A stretch of DNA of 64,000 nucleotides. Source: Octopus sinensis. Its lineage: Eukaryota. Shown one piece after another: positions 13,117-26,624 of the stretch. A program made the position numbers and the translations under genes. The first letter of the stretch is position 1; every line of letters starts with the position of its first letter. The stretch is from NCBI RefSeq assembly GCF_006345805.1, contig NC_043000.1, positions 41,106,001 to 41,170,000 of the forward strand, in the 5' to 3' direction. The notes beneath the pieces are model-generated. The model was not told where the DNA came from, searched no databases, and saw only the letters and a program-made list of their open reading frames with translations.

Positions 13117-13232
<116 letters not shown>

Positions 13233-13629
13233 GAATGTAGGTAGGTATGTATGTATGTATATAGGTAGGTAGTTATATCTATTATTCAAGCGCACTCACA
13301 CACTCATGAGCATACACCTCTGTGCGGCTGTGCTTTCCACTTTCAGTAGGTGGCAACACATACAAAGCCTCAATTTCTAGTGGGCAAAATAAGAAGTCTC
13401 CATGTTTGATTAATTCGCGTTTTCATACTGAAACAGTACACTATATTTTATTATTCACGGTATGTAGTGGGTGCCCTCAAAGCCTATATCTCAATGTATT
13501 TCAATTTCATTCTGAGTACTTAGTACATTTACCTGACGTAGCTGGATGAAGAAAATATGAATATGATATATAAGATTACTTACAACGCCACCATTGTTTC
13601 GTAGTAAGTCTAACAGTGTTTGCCTGTGT

Positions 13630-13844
13630 GATGATGATGATGATGACGACGATTACTACTACTACGACGATGACGATAATAATGATGATTTATTTTACAG
13701 TATGGGCGTCCGATAAGGTAGTGCATTGCAAACACAGGTTAAAAATTGTGTGGAGCTTACATAAAAAAATAGGGCAACGAGAAAAGGGGGAAGGAGAGAA
13801 AGATTTTTTAAAAATGCACACGCAGACTCTGTAGTCTGTAAAGA
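13630..13844 (+). repeat. ~200-bp direct repeat, copy 2
   Basis: Nearly identical to 9955-10153. Confidence 0.92.
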
Positions 13845-13914
13845 CATATATAATATAATATGATTATACATATATATATATATATATGTTGAATTTTCTG
13901 CTGCTTAAAATAAA

Positions 13915-13970
<56 letters not shown>

Positions 13971-14606
13971 AATTAAGATATGTTTCGACCAAAGATTGGC
14001 TCAGACCGTGTCTAACTTAATAGCGCTACTTGATATATATATATATATATCCATGCATACAGAGAGACGCACATACACACACGCGCGCACACACACACAT
14101 ACACACACACATTTTGTATCAAATGTATAGCTTAAAATTCTCCTATGCACACACACTAACTGCTCACCCTCCCTTCATCTTTCTCTTTTACTTTCTCTTC
14201 TACTCTTCACCTCCACATCCCTGCTATCTTCCACATACATGCTGCACGCCGCATGCACACAAGAAGCATTCACATGGACACACTCATGCGTGAAAGTACG
14301 GCACCATTACGTCTTTTGAAATGAATAAATTTAGCCAATTTTTTTTAAATATTATCTAAAAAGAAATCTCTCAGATCTCTAATCGCGTAGTTCTTTATGC
14401 ACCCACTATTTTCTCTCCCCTTCATTGTATCGCTTCTCTCTCGTTAACCACCATATTATGTACAGTTTTATGCTCATTCCTTACACTCCCGTTACCTCTG
14501 CAGACTGTCTTTCACTGTCTTTATTTCAGTCTGTGTTACGCTTCATGTTTGCAGAGTTCAGACTTCAGCCATAATCATGTCTACGCCTGTTACTTCGTTT
14601 TCAACA

Positions 14607-15300
14607 ATATATTGACTTTTTTTTTCTGTAATGTGGTTGGTCTCTCTAACTGCTAGAATAGCTGCTTTATTTTGAGGAAAATAAATATATGCTGTTTCTA
14701 GCAGATCGCGGGAAAATGACGTAAATTCCTCCATTGGCTTGCGGCTGTGAGTTAATAATGTTGGTATATTCGAATCCGAAAACACGTGGGTGCGAACCGA
14801 GCTTCTTAACCACACAGCCATGGAGGATGAAGAATTTATATTTGGTTTCAAACTTAGCCACAAATCAAAAACATTTTTATGGAAGGGTACTATTTAAGTT
14901 CGAAGTTTGGAATGTCACCAGGAGGCAGTTCACGGAATTACGGTATTGACCAGATGAAGGGGTGAGAAAATGGTGGATTCACAAAGAACTACGCTCTTTG
15001 AGATCTGAAAGATTTATTTTTAGATAATATTTTAAAAAAAGTTAAAGCTAAATTTTTTCTTTTAATAAGATATAATGGCGCCGTTTAATCTTTAAAAAAA
15101 AGTAATGAATGGGCGCATGTGTGTGCTTCTTGTTTTCTACAATATATTGATTTTTTTTGTAATGCGGTTGGTCTCTCGAGCTGCTAAAATTACTGCTTTA
15201 TTTTAAGGAAAATAAATCTGTTGATTCTGGTAGATCGCGGGACCATGTGAATTCCTCCATTGGCTTGTAACTGAGAGTTAACAATGTTGGCACATTCGAG
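14607..15300 (+). repeat. Pair of diverged ~170-bp direct repeats (14607-14775 and 15141-15300), unclassified
   Basis: Shared ggttggtctct…ctgctttatttt.aggaaaataaat…agatcgcggga…aattcctccattggcttg…gagttaa.aatgttgg. Confidence 0.8.
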
Positions 15301-15849
15301 TTGGAATCAATGATTAATTGATTAATGGCTTGCTTAGACTTGTTAGGCCACAAGCGAGTGGATGACTATAACTGATAAGACACGCAGGTTAGCTTACCGA
15401 AGTGCAACCTTAAACAACCTTAAACGACTGCATAAAATTTGTAATATGCGTGGGTCGTACACAGACATTCATGATCAGAATAACTATTAGTTTGTAGCAA
15501 ATACTGCATGTTGTTATTTCTCTGGAAGCCTAATTACTCGACCGTAGATTCACTATTTTACTTTTGTCAACAATCGTCTAAGACATGACAGACAGGTGTT
15601 AAAAAGAATGCTAACGTCATTACTTTTCGGACTAATCACCTGGCACAACCACCTGTTTATTCATCGCCCATACACGTCAGTGTTTACATGCTCACCTACG
15701 TCATCACCTTGAAGACCAATCAGACCAGGGCATTTACCTCGTTAATAAATGTAATTATGTCTTCACTTTACAAACCAAACCACGACGCGACCGATGCTAT
15801 ATTTATTCTTTCTAGTATAGGTACAAGGCTTGAAACTGTGTGTGAGGGT

Positions 15850-16355
15850 CCTAGTCGATTACAACGGACCCAGAACTCAACTTGTACGTATTTTATCGAC
15901 TTTGAAAGGTCAAAAGTCAAAGTGAACCTCGGGGAAATTTTGAAGTCAGAGTGTAGAGCCATAAGAAATGACGTTAAGCATTTTTTCCGGTGGACTAACG
16001 ATTATGCAAGCTCGCTGCCTTTTGCTACCAGTGCTATATTAGCGAGCGTTGCTGTTTCTGAATCGCCGTCGTGGCAGTCATAGTCACAACAGATATAGCA
16101 GCCACTGAGGGCAAAGCTGCTATGAAATCTCTACTCAGTTACAGCTTTTACTGGTGACCAAAATGCTGGTTTCATATTTTGGCACAAAATATATTTTGGG
16201 GGAGGGGTAAGTCGATTACATCGACCCCAGTACACAACAGATACTTATTTTATCGACTCCGAAAGGATTAAAAGCAAAGTAGATCTCAGTGAAATTTGAA
16301 CTCAGAACGTCAAGACGGACGAAATGCTGGTATGCATTCTGCCAGCACGCCACCC
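15850..16355 (-). mobile_element. Two SINE family C fragments (15850-16010 and 16195-16355)
   Basis: ttttatcgac(t/c).cgaaagg….aaag(g)caaagt…acctc…aaattt(t)gaa…cagaacg…ttctgccagc. Confidence 0.75.
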
Positions 16356-17389
16356 TACTGGTGATCAAAATATTGAACAGTGATCAGCTCAGTAAATCAT
16401 ACCGGCAGCTAAGAGTTGCAGAGTTGCAGTTAAGTTCACATTAAAACTAACATGGGCTCACGAAACCAGTTTTTGCCAGTAACTAAGATATTCGGGCTTT
16501 TCGTCACCGACAGATTCTACAGACTATGCCCAGCTATTCATCCACCGGCATGTTTGCTTTTTTCCCAACACTCTATAAACTCATTATATACAGACATACA
16601 AGACATGCAAACACATCTGTGAGCGCACGAGTGTGTATACATACATACACACACACACACACACGTACATACCAACGTACACTCGCACACACGCGCGCGC
16701 GCTCTAAAATGTATATAACGCGAATAAACTTGTAGAACGTCGAATTCATCTTCATCTCGGTGACAAGTCACTTCGTACCTTTGATTTCATTTGTAACCTC
16801 CAACGTTCCTGCGTGTTTCTTTGGCGTATATAGATCTCATATATTATTTATGATGCTTGATATAGCTTTTCATACCTACATTAATATTTTGGTTTGTAAA
16901 AAGGTAAACAAAGCCGTTGTTAAACCTTATCTTGTGGTTTTATTTATCACTAACTAATTTTTAAAGTCTCTGTAAATTCTTTCAGTGCCTTGTTCACTCA
17001 GCGAATTCATCTCAGTAGACTCCAGCTTGAATTAAAAAGGAAACTTTTACATTATGGTTCGACCTAATGAAAATTTCTCCCACATCACACCCGATCATCT
17101 CAAAAGAAAAGTAATGATACATTAGAAAATTTAGAGCTGGGTCATACAAAAAGACTCGCAAACTCTCAATTGATGTACAAAGTGATCCAAGGTTGGTCAC
17201 TCTGAAACTAAAATTTAGAAAATCCGACAGTTTATTTTTCCGGGATCGATAAAACGATAAAATGAAATACCCATGAAGTAATTTGGTTCATTTAATCAAT
17301 AGTCTCCGAAGATGTGCGACCTTGTCACGATGAAAGAGTTTACACCTGTAAAAGGAGTTATGCCGGGAAGGGGGAAAATATGCAGCGCT

Positions 17390-17665
17390 GGTCTCTGACA
17401 TGGTAAAAAGATAAAGTCTCCTTCTCGAATCATACCGACTTATAAGGGCCGGTTCCCTGGTTTCCACGGCGTATAAATTCCCCACCAGGACGGGACCACC
17501 GGGCCATAACAGGATTAAACATTTTTGCCAGGTGAGTGGATTGGAGCAACCTGAAATGAAGTGTTTTGCTCAAGAACACAATGCCTCGACAGGTCCAGGA
17601 ACCGAAACCATAACCTTACGATCATAAGTCCAACACCTTAACCACTAAGCCACGCACCTCCACGG
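17390..17665 (-). mobile_element. SINE family B (tRNA-like head + CORE/Deu-like ttcttgagcaaaacacttcatttca segment)
   Basis: Reverse complement head gtggaggtgcgtggcttagtggttaaggtgttggacttatgatcgtaaggtt… has A-box-like TGGCTTAGTGG. Confidence 0.8.
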
Positions 17666-17844
17666 TCCCTAACATGGGTAGACTAACAATGTCAAAAGCC
17701 CAAGTTCGATTGGGTCAATACTGTAACTCCGTGAACTGCCTTCTGGTGACATTCCAAACTTCGAACTTAAACAGTATTCTTCTATACAAAACTTTCTTGT
17801 TTTGTGGCGAGATTCGAAACCAACTAGAAATTCTTCATTCTACA

Positions 17845-18200
17845 TAGTTGTGTGGTTAAGAAGTTCGGTTCGCACCCACGTGCTTTCAGATTCATTCTCA
17901 CTGCGTAACGCCTTCGGCATGTGTCTTCTGCTACAGCCACGAATCGATCATTGACTTATGAAAGAGTTTGGTTGGCAGAAACAGCATGGAAGCCCGTTGT
18001 ATATATCTATATATATGAGCGTGCGTGTGGGTGTCTGTGTATACATATGTATATTTATATATGTGTATGCGCGATCGCGAGTGCACGATCTTTCTTGCCC
18101 CCATCACTGCTAGACAACTGGTGTTGGTTTGTTTACAACCCAAAAAGTGACCGACACTACATATACCAAACTTTGAAAAAATGAAATAAGTACTGGGGGC
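17845..18200 (+). mobile_element. SINE family A, old diverged copy
   Basis: gtgtggttaagaagttcg…cactgcgt…gtgtcttctgctacagcc…aagcccgttgtatat…gacaactggtgttggtttgtttac. Confidence 0.7.
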
Positions 18201-18407
18201 AATTTGTTCGATAAAATCCTTCAATGTGTGCCCCAGCATGGACGCAATCGAATGACTGAAGCAAATAAAAAGTCAAGTAATAAAAGAATATAAGAATTGT
18301 TTTTATAATTTAGACTCAAGGCCAGCAATTTTAAGTGGTGGTGGACTACACACACACACGCACACACACACACAAGCACACACACGCGCACACACACACA
18401 CACACAC

Positions 18408-18450
<43 letters not shown>

Positions 18451-18905
18451 CACATATACATACGGATGTGTATGTATATATTTGACCCTCCGCAAATCCC
18501 AAATTTTATTTTGGTCTGCGGAAGCAACTGTTTCCTCGAAAGTAGAGATTGTCGTAATTGCTTGAAATGTGGAGTAGATAAACAGCCGACAACTGATTGG
18601 TTCGTTCTTCATGTTCGTTCTTTATGTTATTTATATTGTTTTTTCATTTGTTTCTTCTGATGTTCGCAAAAAAAGTTCGTATTCCATGTTTTCGTATTTC
18701 ATAATTCATGTTGTTTACGTTTTGTGACGTCCTGTACCCATATATGTATATATATATACTTATATATGTATGTATATATGCATATATAATATATATATAT
18801 ATATATAACGGGAAGCTTTATGAAAATAGACAAAAGACGAAGGCAGGTGGAAAACAAACAAACAATTGTATTAGTATGGCGCTCAGGAAATATAAATAAA
18901 ACAAG

Positions 18906-18943
18906 TCTTTAACGTTTCGAGCCTACGCTCTTCAACAGAAAGA
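18906..18943 (-). ncRNA. Minimal hammerhead-like motif, family HH1 (A6 mutated)
   Basis: tcttt CTGTTGA A GAGC gtag GCTC GAAA CGTT aaaga: 5-bp stem I, 4-bp stem II and an ACGT palindrome in place of stem III. Confidence 0.7.
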
Positions 18944-19119
18944 TACACAGAGAGAGAAAAAACACAGAAAGAAGGAGAGAAAAAAAAATGCGTGCAGTAA
19001 CTAACGAATCAACATGGCGATCTGATTTCGGCTAGAGGTCAAAGATCAAACATGAGACGCGAGAGCGAAATAAGGGGAGATAATAGGGTTGATAATAGGG
19101 CTGAATGACCCTAGGATAG

Positions 19120-19340
19120 GTCTGGACAGGCGTATGTATAGGGTTGGTGTATGTATTAGTATGTATTAGTATGTATTAGTACGTATTAGTATGTATAAGT
19201 GTGTGTGTGTGTGTGTGTATGAGAGAGTATAAGTGCGTATGAGGGGTCTGGACGTGTGTATGTATAGGGTTGGTGTAGTATTAGTATGTATTAGTTTGTA
19301 TTAGTACGTATAGTATGTATTAGTTGGTGTATGTATTAGT
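19120..19340. repeat. ~125-bp duplicated block containing (gtattagtat)n
   Basis: gtctggac…tatgtatagggttggtgta…(gtattagtat)n occurs twice. Confidence 0.8.
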
Positions 19341-20465
19341 ATGGTACATCATATATGATGTGATGTGTAAAGTCGTTGTGGTGTTGTAGTAAGGAGAAGA
19401 GGGGGGGAGGGGGAGAGAAGGGGGGAAGAAGGGGGAGGAGGAGAGGAGGAGAGGGGGAAGAGGAGAGGAGGGGAGAAGTAAGGGGTAGAGGAGGGGGAGG
19501 AAGGAGGAAGGAAAGAGGGGGGAGAGGGGGAGAGAGAAGGGGAGTGAGGGAGCAGAGGGAGAAGGGAAAGGGAGTTAGGGGTGAAAGGATGAAGGACTGA
19601 AGAAGTAGGGGTCCGGGAGAAGGATAGATGAGGAGGGGGGAGAGGGGGGTTTTAGGATGAGGAGGGGGGAGAGGGGGTTTAGATGAGGAGGGGGGGGGGG
19701 AGAGTTGAGACCAAATGGCGTATAAGAGCGAAGAGAGAAGATTAATTCCTGTTCACGGCGCAACGGAATCCGGATGGCCTCTGTGTAAGGACAAACCGAA
19801 CACAGATAGGTGTTGCAAGGAGTGACCGATGGAGCGGAAATGGCGTGAGACCGGTGTGTCGTTCGCAAGGTGGATGTCACGAAGGTTCCCGCGAACCGGT
19901 CAGCCAAGCGGGCGTCCCGTTGTCCGATGTACAAGGAATTGCAGAGAGAGCAAGAGACGCAATAGATAATATTGCTGGAGGTGCAGGTGAAGGAGTGGAT
20001 GATGGGATAGGGTCGATGGTGGGTGCTAGTGAGGTGGGTGGTGTTGGAGAGGTAAGGGGCAAGTGCGGCAACGTGGGCGGGAGCAGGGGAACGAGCCGGG
20101 TTGGGAGGTAGGGTCAGGGAAGGAGCTATGGACCAAAAGGTCTCGAAGGTTGTGGGCTCGTTTGAAAGAGGGGAGGGGTCGGTTAGGGAAGAGGTGTGAA
20201 GTGGACGGGTCGGACTGGAGATGCGGAAAGCTCGAAGAATGGTGCGTTGGAGACGTAGGGGGGTGGCAAGTGAGGGGAAAAGAGAGGCGGGAGACTACAG
20301 GCGGGTTCGGGGAGAGAGAGCAGATTACACGGTCCACGGACCGTGCCCATGCATATATATATATATTATATTATGTATGTATATGCATATAATATATAAT
20401 ATATATATTATATTTATATATTATATGATTGAACGCCACGCATCCAAGTAAGTTTATATATACAT

Positions 20466-21637
20466 TTATATATATAAAACTGAGAATGTGTGTCTGTTTG
20501 TCTGTCTGCGTGTTTCCCTAAAACTTGAGAACTACACAACCAATTTCATTCAAATTTTACACATGCCTTACTTAAGGTCCGGAGAGTGTCATTGGCAAAA
20601 ACAAATTTTGAACTTTTTGCCTAGGGCGAGCCAACAGCAACATCATATCTTCTCCAATACGATTCCCTAAAACTTGAGAACTACTCAACCAATTTCATTC
20701 AAATTTTACACATGCCTTACTTAGGGTCCATGTAGTTTCATGGGCAAAAAAAATGTTCAACATCTTGCCTAGAGCGAGCCCATATTTTCCACTATTTCAG
20801 TATTACGTGTTAAAAGTGAAACAAAAACATTTCTCTATTTTGTCAGATACTTTCACTTTAACAATAAAAATAATAATAACAATTGAATTATATGTAGTAA
20901 GTAATAATTAAAATCAAACTAAAGTATAATATAATCGTAACATAACAAAAGTAAAAATAGCAATTGGTATAAAATTGCATCAATGACTTGAACTTGAATA
21001 AGTGGTTTCACATGAATGGGAATAAATTAAAAGTAAAATTAGCGTGCAGAAATGAAATAGTCCAGATGGATAATAAAAAATTAAATTAAGGAAAAGACTA
21101 TTGTCTATAAAGTACACAATGTAGAGAAAAAAGAAGATTTGAACACATGGAGGAAAGCACCTTCGAAAAGTGTCTTGGTGCGACTATGAAAGATATCTAA
21201 TCAGAGGCGGTAAATTCGCCACAATAGAAGCAAGGTTCGAGTCAACGGAGCGTGCAAGGGAGTACACGACTCGGACTTGCAAAGTGGAAATATTTTACTA
21301 TTACCTTTATATCTGGGACGTAGGACGTCCGGAAAAAAATTTTAAATGCCCCCCCCCCCCCCCGCCAGAAGTAGAAGTAGGCTGGATTGTAGCCACACTT
21401 CTATACAAGAAGGAGGACATGATACAAATGATTGAAATTACAAGAGACGGGCTAACAATTCCAGTCTGTTATATATTTTGAGCATTGTTATCACTAGCGA
21501 TATCAAGATATAATTTTGTATTTTGTATTATATGTTTAGATGTATATATATAGATGTACATGTAATATGTACACATATATATACACATATACATGCACTA
21601 GCACTATGACCCGGCAACGACGGGTCTTTAATGCTAG
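20466..21637 (+). mobile_element. Non-autonomous Helitron-like element (~1.17 kb)
   Basis: 5' tatatataaaactgagaatgtgtgtctgtttgtctgt; 149-bp internal tandem duplication (20516/20665); 3' hairpin GACCCG-gcaacga-CGGGTC (21608-21626) followed by CTAG|T at 21634-21638. Confidence 0.75.
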
Positions 21638-23589
21638 TATATATATATATATATACATACATACATATATATGTATAAAATACAAAATGGGACAAGAACG
21701 CAAAACATGTGCGTGCGTGTGCGTGCGTGCATGCAAATGCATACGCGTGTCTTGTTAACCAGGAAAGGAGCGGTTGTGTCAATGACCTTAGTAAGTCATC
21801 TCAACCTTGTGAGTTTGTTACAATAAAGTAACCACAATGAATAATGGATGAAAAATACTTCCGGTTAGAAGAACTTGAGCAAAAAATTGAGTGCTGGGTT
21901 AACGACCTATCGATGTCTTCATGTGGATCTGTCTGTGATAGGTCATTGATACAGCGCCATACAGTCGTTACATTACTAGTTCTGTCGTGGTAGTAGTAGT
22001 AGTAGTAGTAGTAGTAGCAGCAGCAGCAGTAATTGTTTATCACCTTTTCATACGCAATCATAATAGTATGATATTCCAGCCGTGGGTATCTCAGTTTTTT
22101 GTATATCTGACACTGCATTGTCGAATGGTTCCTTGCTTTCATAAGACGTTATTTTGTCTTTTGGGGTTTCTTTACTTACTATTTCTAGCACGTCAGGATC
22201 ATTCCTTATAAATTATCGTTTTAGGAAATGCAAAATCATTTTAGACAAATAATCTCTTCTGTAGCAATTGCATTCTTGGGTTGTTTCAAATTCTCAGATA
22301 AAATGCCTTGAATTTGAAGTATCACCTTGATCTATAGGCTGTGGCAAAATTGTGCATGGAAATATACTGCTTTCACATTAGGACAAAGATGACTCAACTT
22401 CGTTTGGTGACTTAACATCGTTTGGGGCATTACCTAAAAGAAGCACTCTTTTGTTGGAAATATTAAGCTTGGTGTCGTATCATTTTACAACAGGGCAAAA
22501 ATGAAACCGTGTGGAAATTTAGATCTTTTAAACCAACCTTTATTAATCAGAAAAGAATTTGTACATTCCACTTTCTGCATATCGTCTTACAAAATTGTAA
22601 TTTCAATATACTTGACAATCGTATTTCTCGCCACATTACATCCTGTCAAATCATCTATACATACGCTCACGAGTGATTTCGTTTCAAGCATTACATCAGA
22701 TCTAGGAAACAACAGAGTAACTGTTTGGATAACCGAGCTAATTTTATAATTATTGTCAAGTAATGATTGTCAGTGTTCGCAAACTTTAATGTTTTTGCAA
22801 TATAGTTGCGCTTTCCTTTCCTCAGAAAGTTAAACGTCCAACACAATCCCTTTTCGGCACTTCTTCGCACAATAACTTTCACTTGCTGGTCTCTTTCTAA
22901 TATTCATGAACAAGTTTAATGCCCTAAAATGTAATCTTTTGTGACAAAATCTAATGGTGATGTTAGGAAAGAATTTATACACACCAAAAAGCAAAAGAGT
23001 GGAATCCAGAAAAATTATTTTCGTCCAACCGCAAGATTGGAAATGAAATAATGAAAAAAGTAATGTTGTCGAAATTTGAAATCGTACGTGGCGAGAAGTC
23101 CTGTACAATTAAAGTTAACGGTGAAACCTAGGTTAATTCAATTAGGACAATCACAAACAAGGTGAAAGTCATTATTAAGAATGTTGTGAGCAATGGGAAA
23201 GAGGGATTAGTTGCATTAGAACAAACACAAATATGGTCGGTGGCAGAGGTGGTAGCAGTTAGGTATTGACAAGAAAATGAGAGCAATGAAAATTAAGATG
23301 TTGAAGAGAAGATAGATAATAGGTATTTTTTAGGAGAAAAATAAATTTGAAGTACTAAGTTAGTAGAATGTAAAGAACAACTTCTGTGGAGACAGAAGAA
23401 AACAAGAGAACCGGGCGGGCATATTAACGTACTATATCAAATTGATATTGGGTATCATGTAATTTTAAGTTGTTAATATTTACACGCATTTCCGTTAGCG
23501 TGGAGTTACAAGCAGTATCCAGAAATTAATGGTTGTATTAAGAAATTTAGGCTAGTGAAGAATTCTGTAACACTAATAGGTGGCTGGTG

Positions 23590-24920
23590 CCCCGGCCTTT
23601 AGGTGGACCGGGCTGTGACGAGGTTATGAGTAGAGCGGCCAGACTCAGAAATAGACTGAGAGAAAGCTAATTGCGCACAAATTATTTCTGTTATAACTTA
23701 CTGAATAACCATTGTGGTTTTTTCCAGTTCCATTTGGCCAGATTGAAACGTCTTCTTTTCTGCTTCCTGTGGAAAGGACGTTTTCACTGCTCATGTGATC
23801 CATCTGTTGCCTGAGTCCTCCTAAAGGTGTGCTCGGCATGCTGAGGCAGTTGAAGCACAGAAATGTGCTAAGTTTGCAGCACCTACAACTTATTCTGTAC
23901 GGTGAGCAGGTGTCGTCTTCGTTTGCAGGATGCGGTTTTCGAAAGGTAATCTCTTTGACGGAGTTGCAGTCCTGGATCAAGAAAACTCCAAGATTAGGTG
24001 GCACTTGAAATGTCGTCAGATGCTCACCGTTCCGTACCAGTCAGGCAAAGTGTTCGGTGGAAATTCTACATGAGCAATATATACAGATTTAGTCATATGG
24101 AAGAATGATGAGTTTCTCGGGGAAACCCTATAGGTCGATGAGGATGATCTTGCTGGTCTGTTTCAGCGGACTGTCGGGCCGGGGACTACCATGGTTAACT
24201 TACAAAGATACCCGATCTGGTAATGCTGCGAGAAAGCGCTACCAATTCGAGATAAAGTCTACAGGCACGAAAGTATAAGCAGGTGGGATTGTCTAACATG
24301 CGCACGAAACGAAAACACTGCATTGCACGCCCTCGTGCAGTATCCGAACATTGCTGACCTGTGGAGTTAAATTGAACGACTGTTGTGGCGTGCAGGACGA
24401 ATCCTGTTACTGTCCCAGTCTATCATGAGGATCACTCCACCACACACCTGTGACGAAGCGGAGCAGCGGGTTTCTCTCTAGAATAGTAGTTCTCAATCGG
24501 GGTCCATATGATTCTTGGAGGTCCATGTAAGATTTTATTCTTAAAACTTACGTATAATAAATTGGTTTTACTTCTGCAATGGACAAAATATTTTAAGAAT
24601 TTCTATTTATACAATTTCTTATAGTATTTAATTATAAAAATATAATAAGATTTTAAAACAACGAATGGCTATGTGGAACCCAATAGGGTAAACTGAGAAA
24701 TAAAGAGGTCTACTGGTAAAAAACGGTTGAGAAACACTGGTCTAGAGGTTATGCTGAAAGAGTTTGTGTACTAGTCGCGACTAAATGGATTGAGGATACA
24801 ATTCTGTTCGGTGAAGCTCTCAATAATTTCTTTCAAGTTCCATTTGAAAAGAAAGAAAGTGTGAATTACTTACTCCTAATGACGTTGTCGAAAGGTAGTT
24901 GACTGTGTCAAATATATTTA
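23590..24920 (+). mobile_element. 5'-truncated, highly decayed Tx1-like LINE 3' part
   Basis: Nucleotide homology to 6100-7150 (e.g. cttttctgcttcctgtggaa; ttcaagttccatttgaaaagaaa), including the zinc-finger region. Confidence 0.75.
24484..24739. mobile_element. hAT (Charlie-like) MITE nested in the Tx1 fragment
   Basis: Ends are tagtagttctcaatc / ggttgagaaacactg (cf. CAGTGGTTCTCAA). The 8-bp flanks ctctagaa / gtctagag both fit the NTCTAGAN target. Confidence 0.8.
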
Positions 24921-25215
24921 AGGATGATGGGCTTAGATCTCTGCGGTTCCTTGATTGGCAGTTGTTAGAAATTGTCCTCTAGGAGGTGCACTGTATCATA
25001 CATTTGTTTACATAGTTTATCTACAATATACTTTTTATCATATTTTCTATCTCCTCTTTCTTCTCATCTTTAATATAAGCCCCCATGCAAATTGTAAACT
25101 ACCTTTCTCATGCCTCCCTCAACTAATGCCGCTGCTGGGGTCAAATTTGCCTTTCCTCATTTCGGAGTTGATAACTTAAGCACTGTAACCTTTCCTCATA
25201 ATTGCTGGCCGTGTG

Positions 25216-25314
<99 letters not shown>

Positions 25315-25868
25315 GAGTGAGAGAGCAGTGCATGTCATCAAAGTGACACTGGGGTAAAATATACAAAGTCCAGTATACCCATCATGACTACCCTTCTGAT
25401 AAGGGTACACTAGACACATGCATCACAACCATATGTGCGCGACATGGTGATCTCATATCAAGATAAACAGTACATGACCTTGCAGGTGGGGCCCAGTTAG
25501 AAATTTCTTCTGGTTGAGTAACCCATCCTGCTCAAAATGTCCCTGAATAAGGGTTGTTTAAAGGTATTGAACGAAACAACCATGTTTCCAAAGGTGAATT
25601 AGCCAAACCACAAAGAATCCCTCTCAACACATGACTATGATGCTCCCCAACTACTTCTGCTCGTGATCAGAGATGCACATATCATCAGCCACTAAGGGAC
25701 ATGCCCAACTGGTTAAGGTCAAACAACTGACAAGCTAATCTGTGGTATTGAGCAGAACATTTGCTGTAGCCCATCTTTTATACCAAGAGAAAACAATGTA
25801 CATGATAACACTTCCAATCAGTTAAGATCAGAAGCCACGAGAGCCACTGCCTGGTACTACATCAAGGC
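25315..25868. mobile_element. ~550-bp non-coding element inserted within an (ATT/TAA)n microsatellite
   Basis: A complex-sequence block bounded sharply on both sides by (att)n. No ORF and no TIRs. Confidence 0.65.
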
Positions 25869-25901
25869 ATTATTATTACTATTATTATTATTATTAATAT
25901 T

Positions 25902-26152
<251 letters not shown>

Positions 26153-26624
26153 TGGCGGTTGTTATGAGAGTGAATATGGCATGCGGTGTACAAGGCACAG
26201 CAACATTAATAGCAGTAGCAGTAGCAAAAGTCCCGGAGGTAAATATGAGAAATGTACCATTCATGTGTAGTCAGTCATGGCGAGGTAAATGAGAAACTCT
26301 TCATTCTCATGTTTATCGATACAGAATGGGCGGAGACGATATCATGTCAGGCAAATCAAATCGTAGAACAAAGATAGAAAGTAGACGATGAAATAGAAGA
26401 AGAGATACAGACAGACACGCAGACAGACAAACGGACGGAAAACGAAAATATTATCAAAAGGCTTGTTTAATCACCCATGAAGACATTGTATTCATGTCTT
26501 GTAAATATTTACTTAGTGCTGTTGTCTATATCTTTACGTGTGTTCGTGTGCTTGTGTACGTATGCTTGTATATTTGTATGCACCAATTATTCAGATATGC
26601 ATATGTATGTATACATTTATATGC

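Larger units (their letters stand above)
18828..20340 (-). mobile_element. Penelope-like element 3' remnant: linker + GIY-YIG, pyrimidine-rich 3' UTR and hammerhead-bearing pLTR
   Basis: SFKRAHNLRDLLVHSS, FPCSRPRCRTCP, YIGQ…RLADRFA and REQELIFSLRSYTPFGLN (frameshifted) lie at ~19730-20335. The hammerhead-like motif is at 18906-18943. Confidence 0.85.

Noticed and set aside
25700-25868. HDV-like ribozyme at the end of the TAA-flanked element
   Set aside because: A P4-like hairpin (cttctgatc/gattggaag) exists, but I could not place P1, P2 and P3 in the required nested order. The nearby CTGATGA has no matching GAAA.
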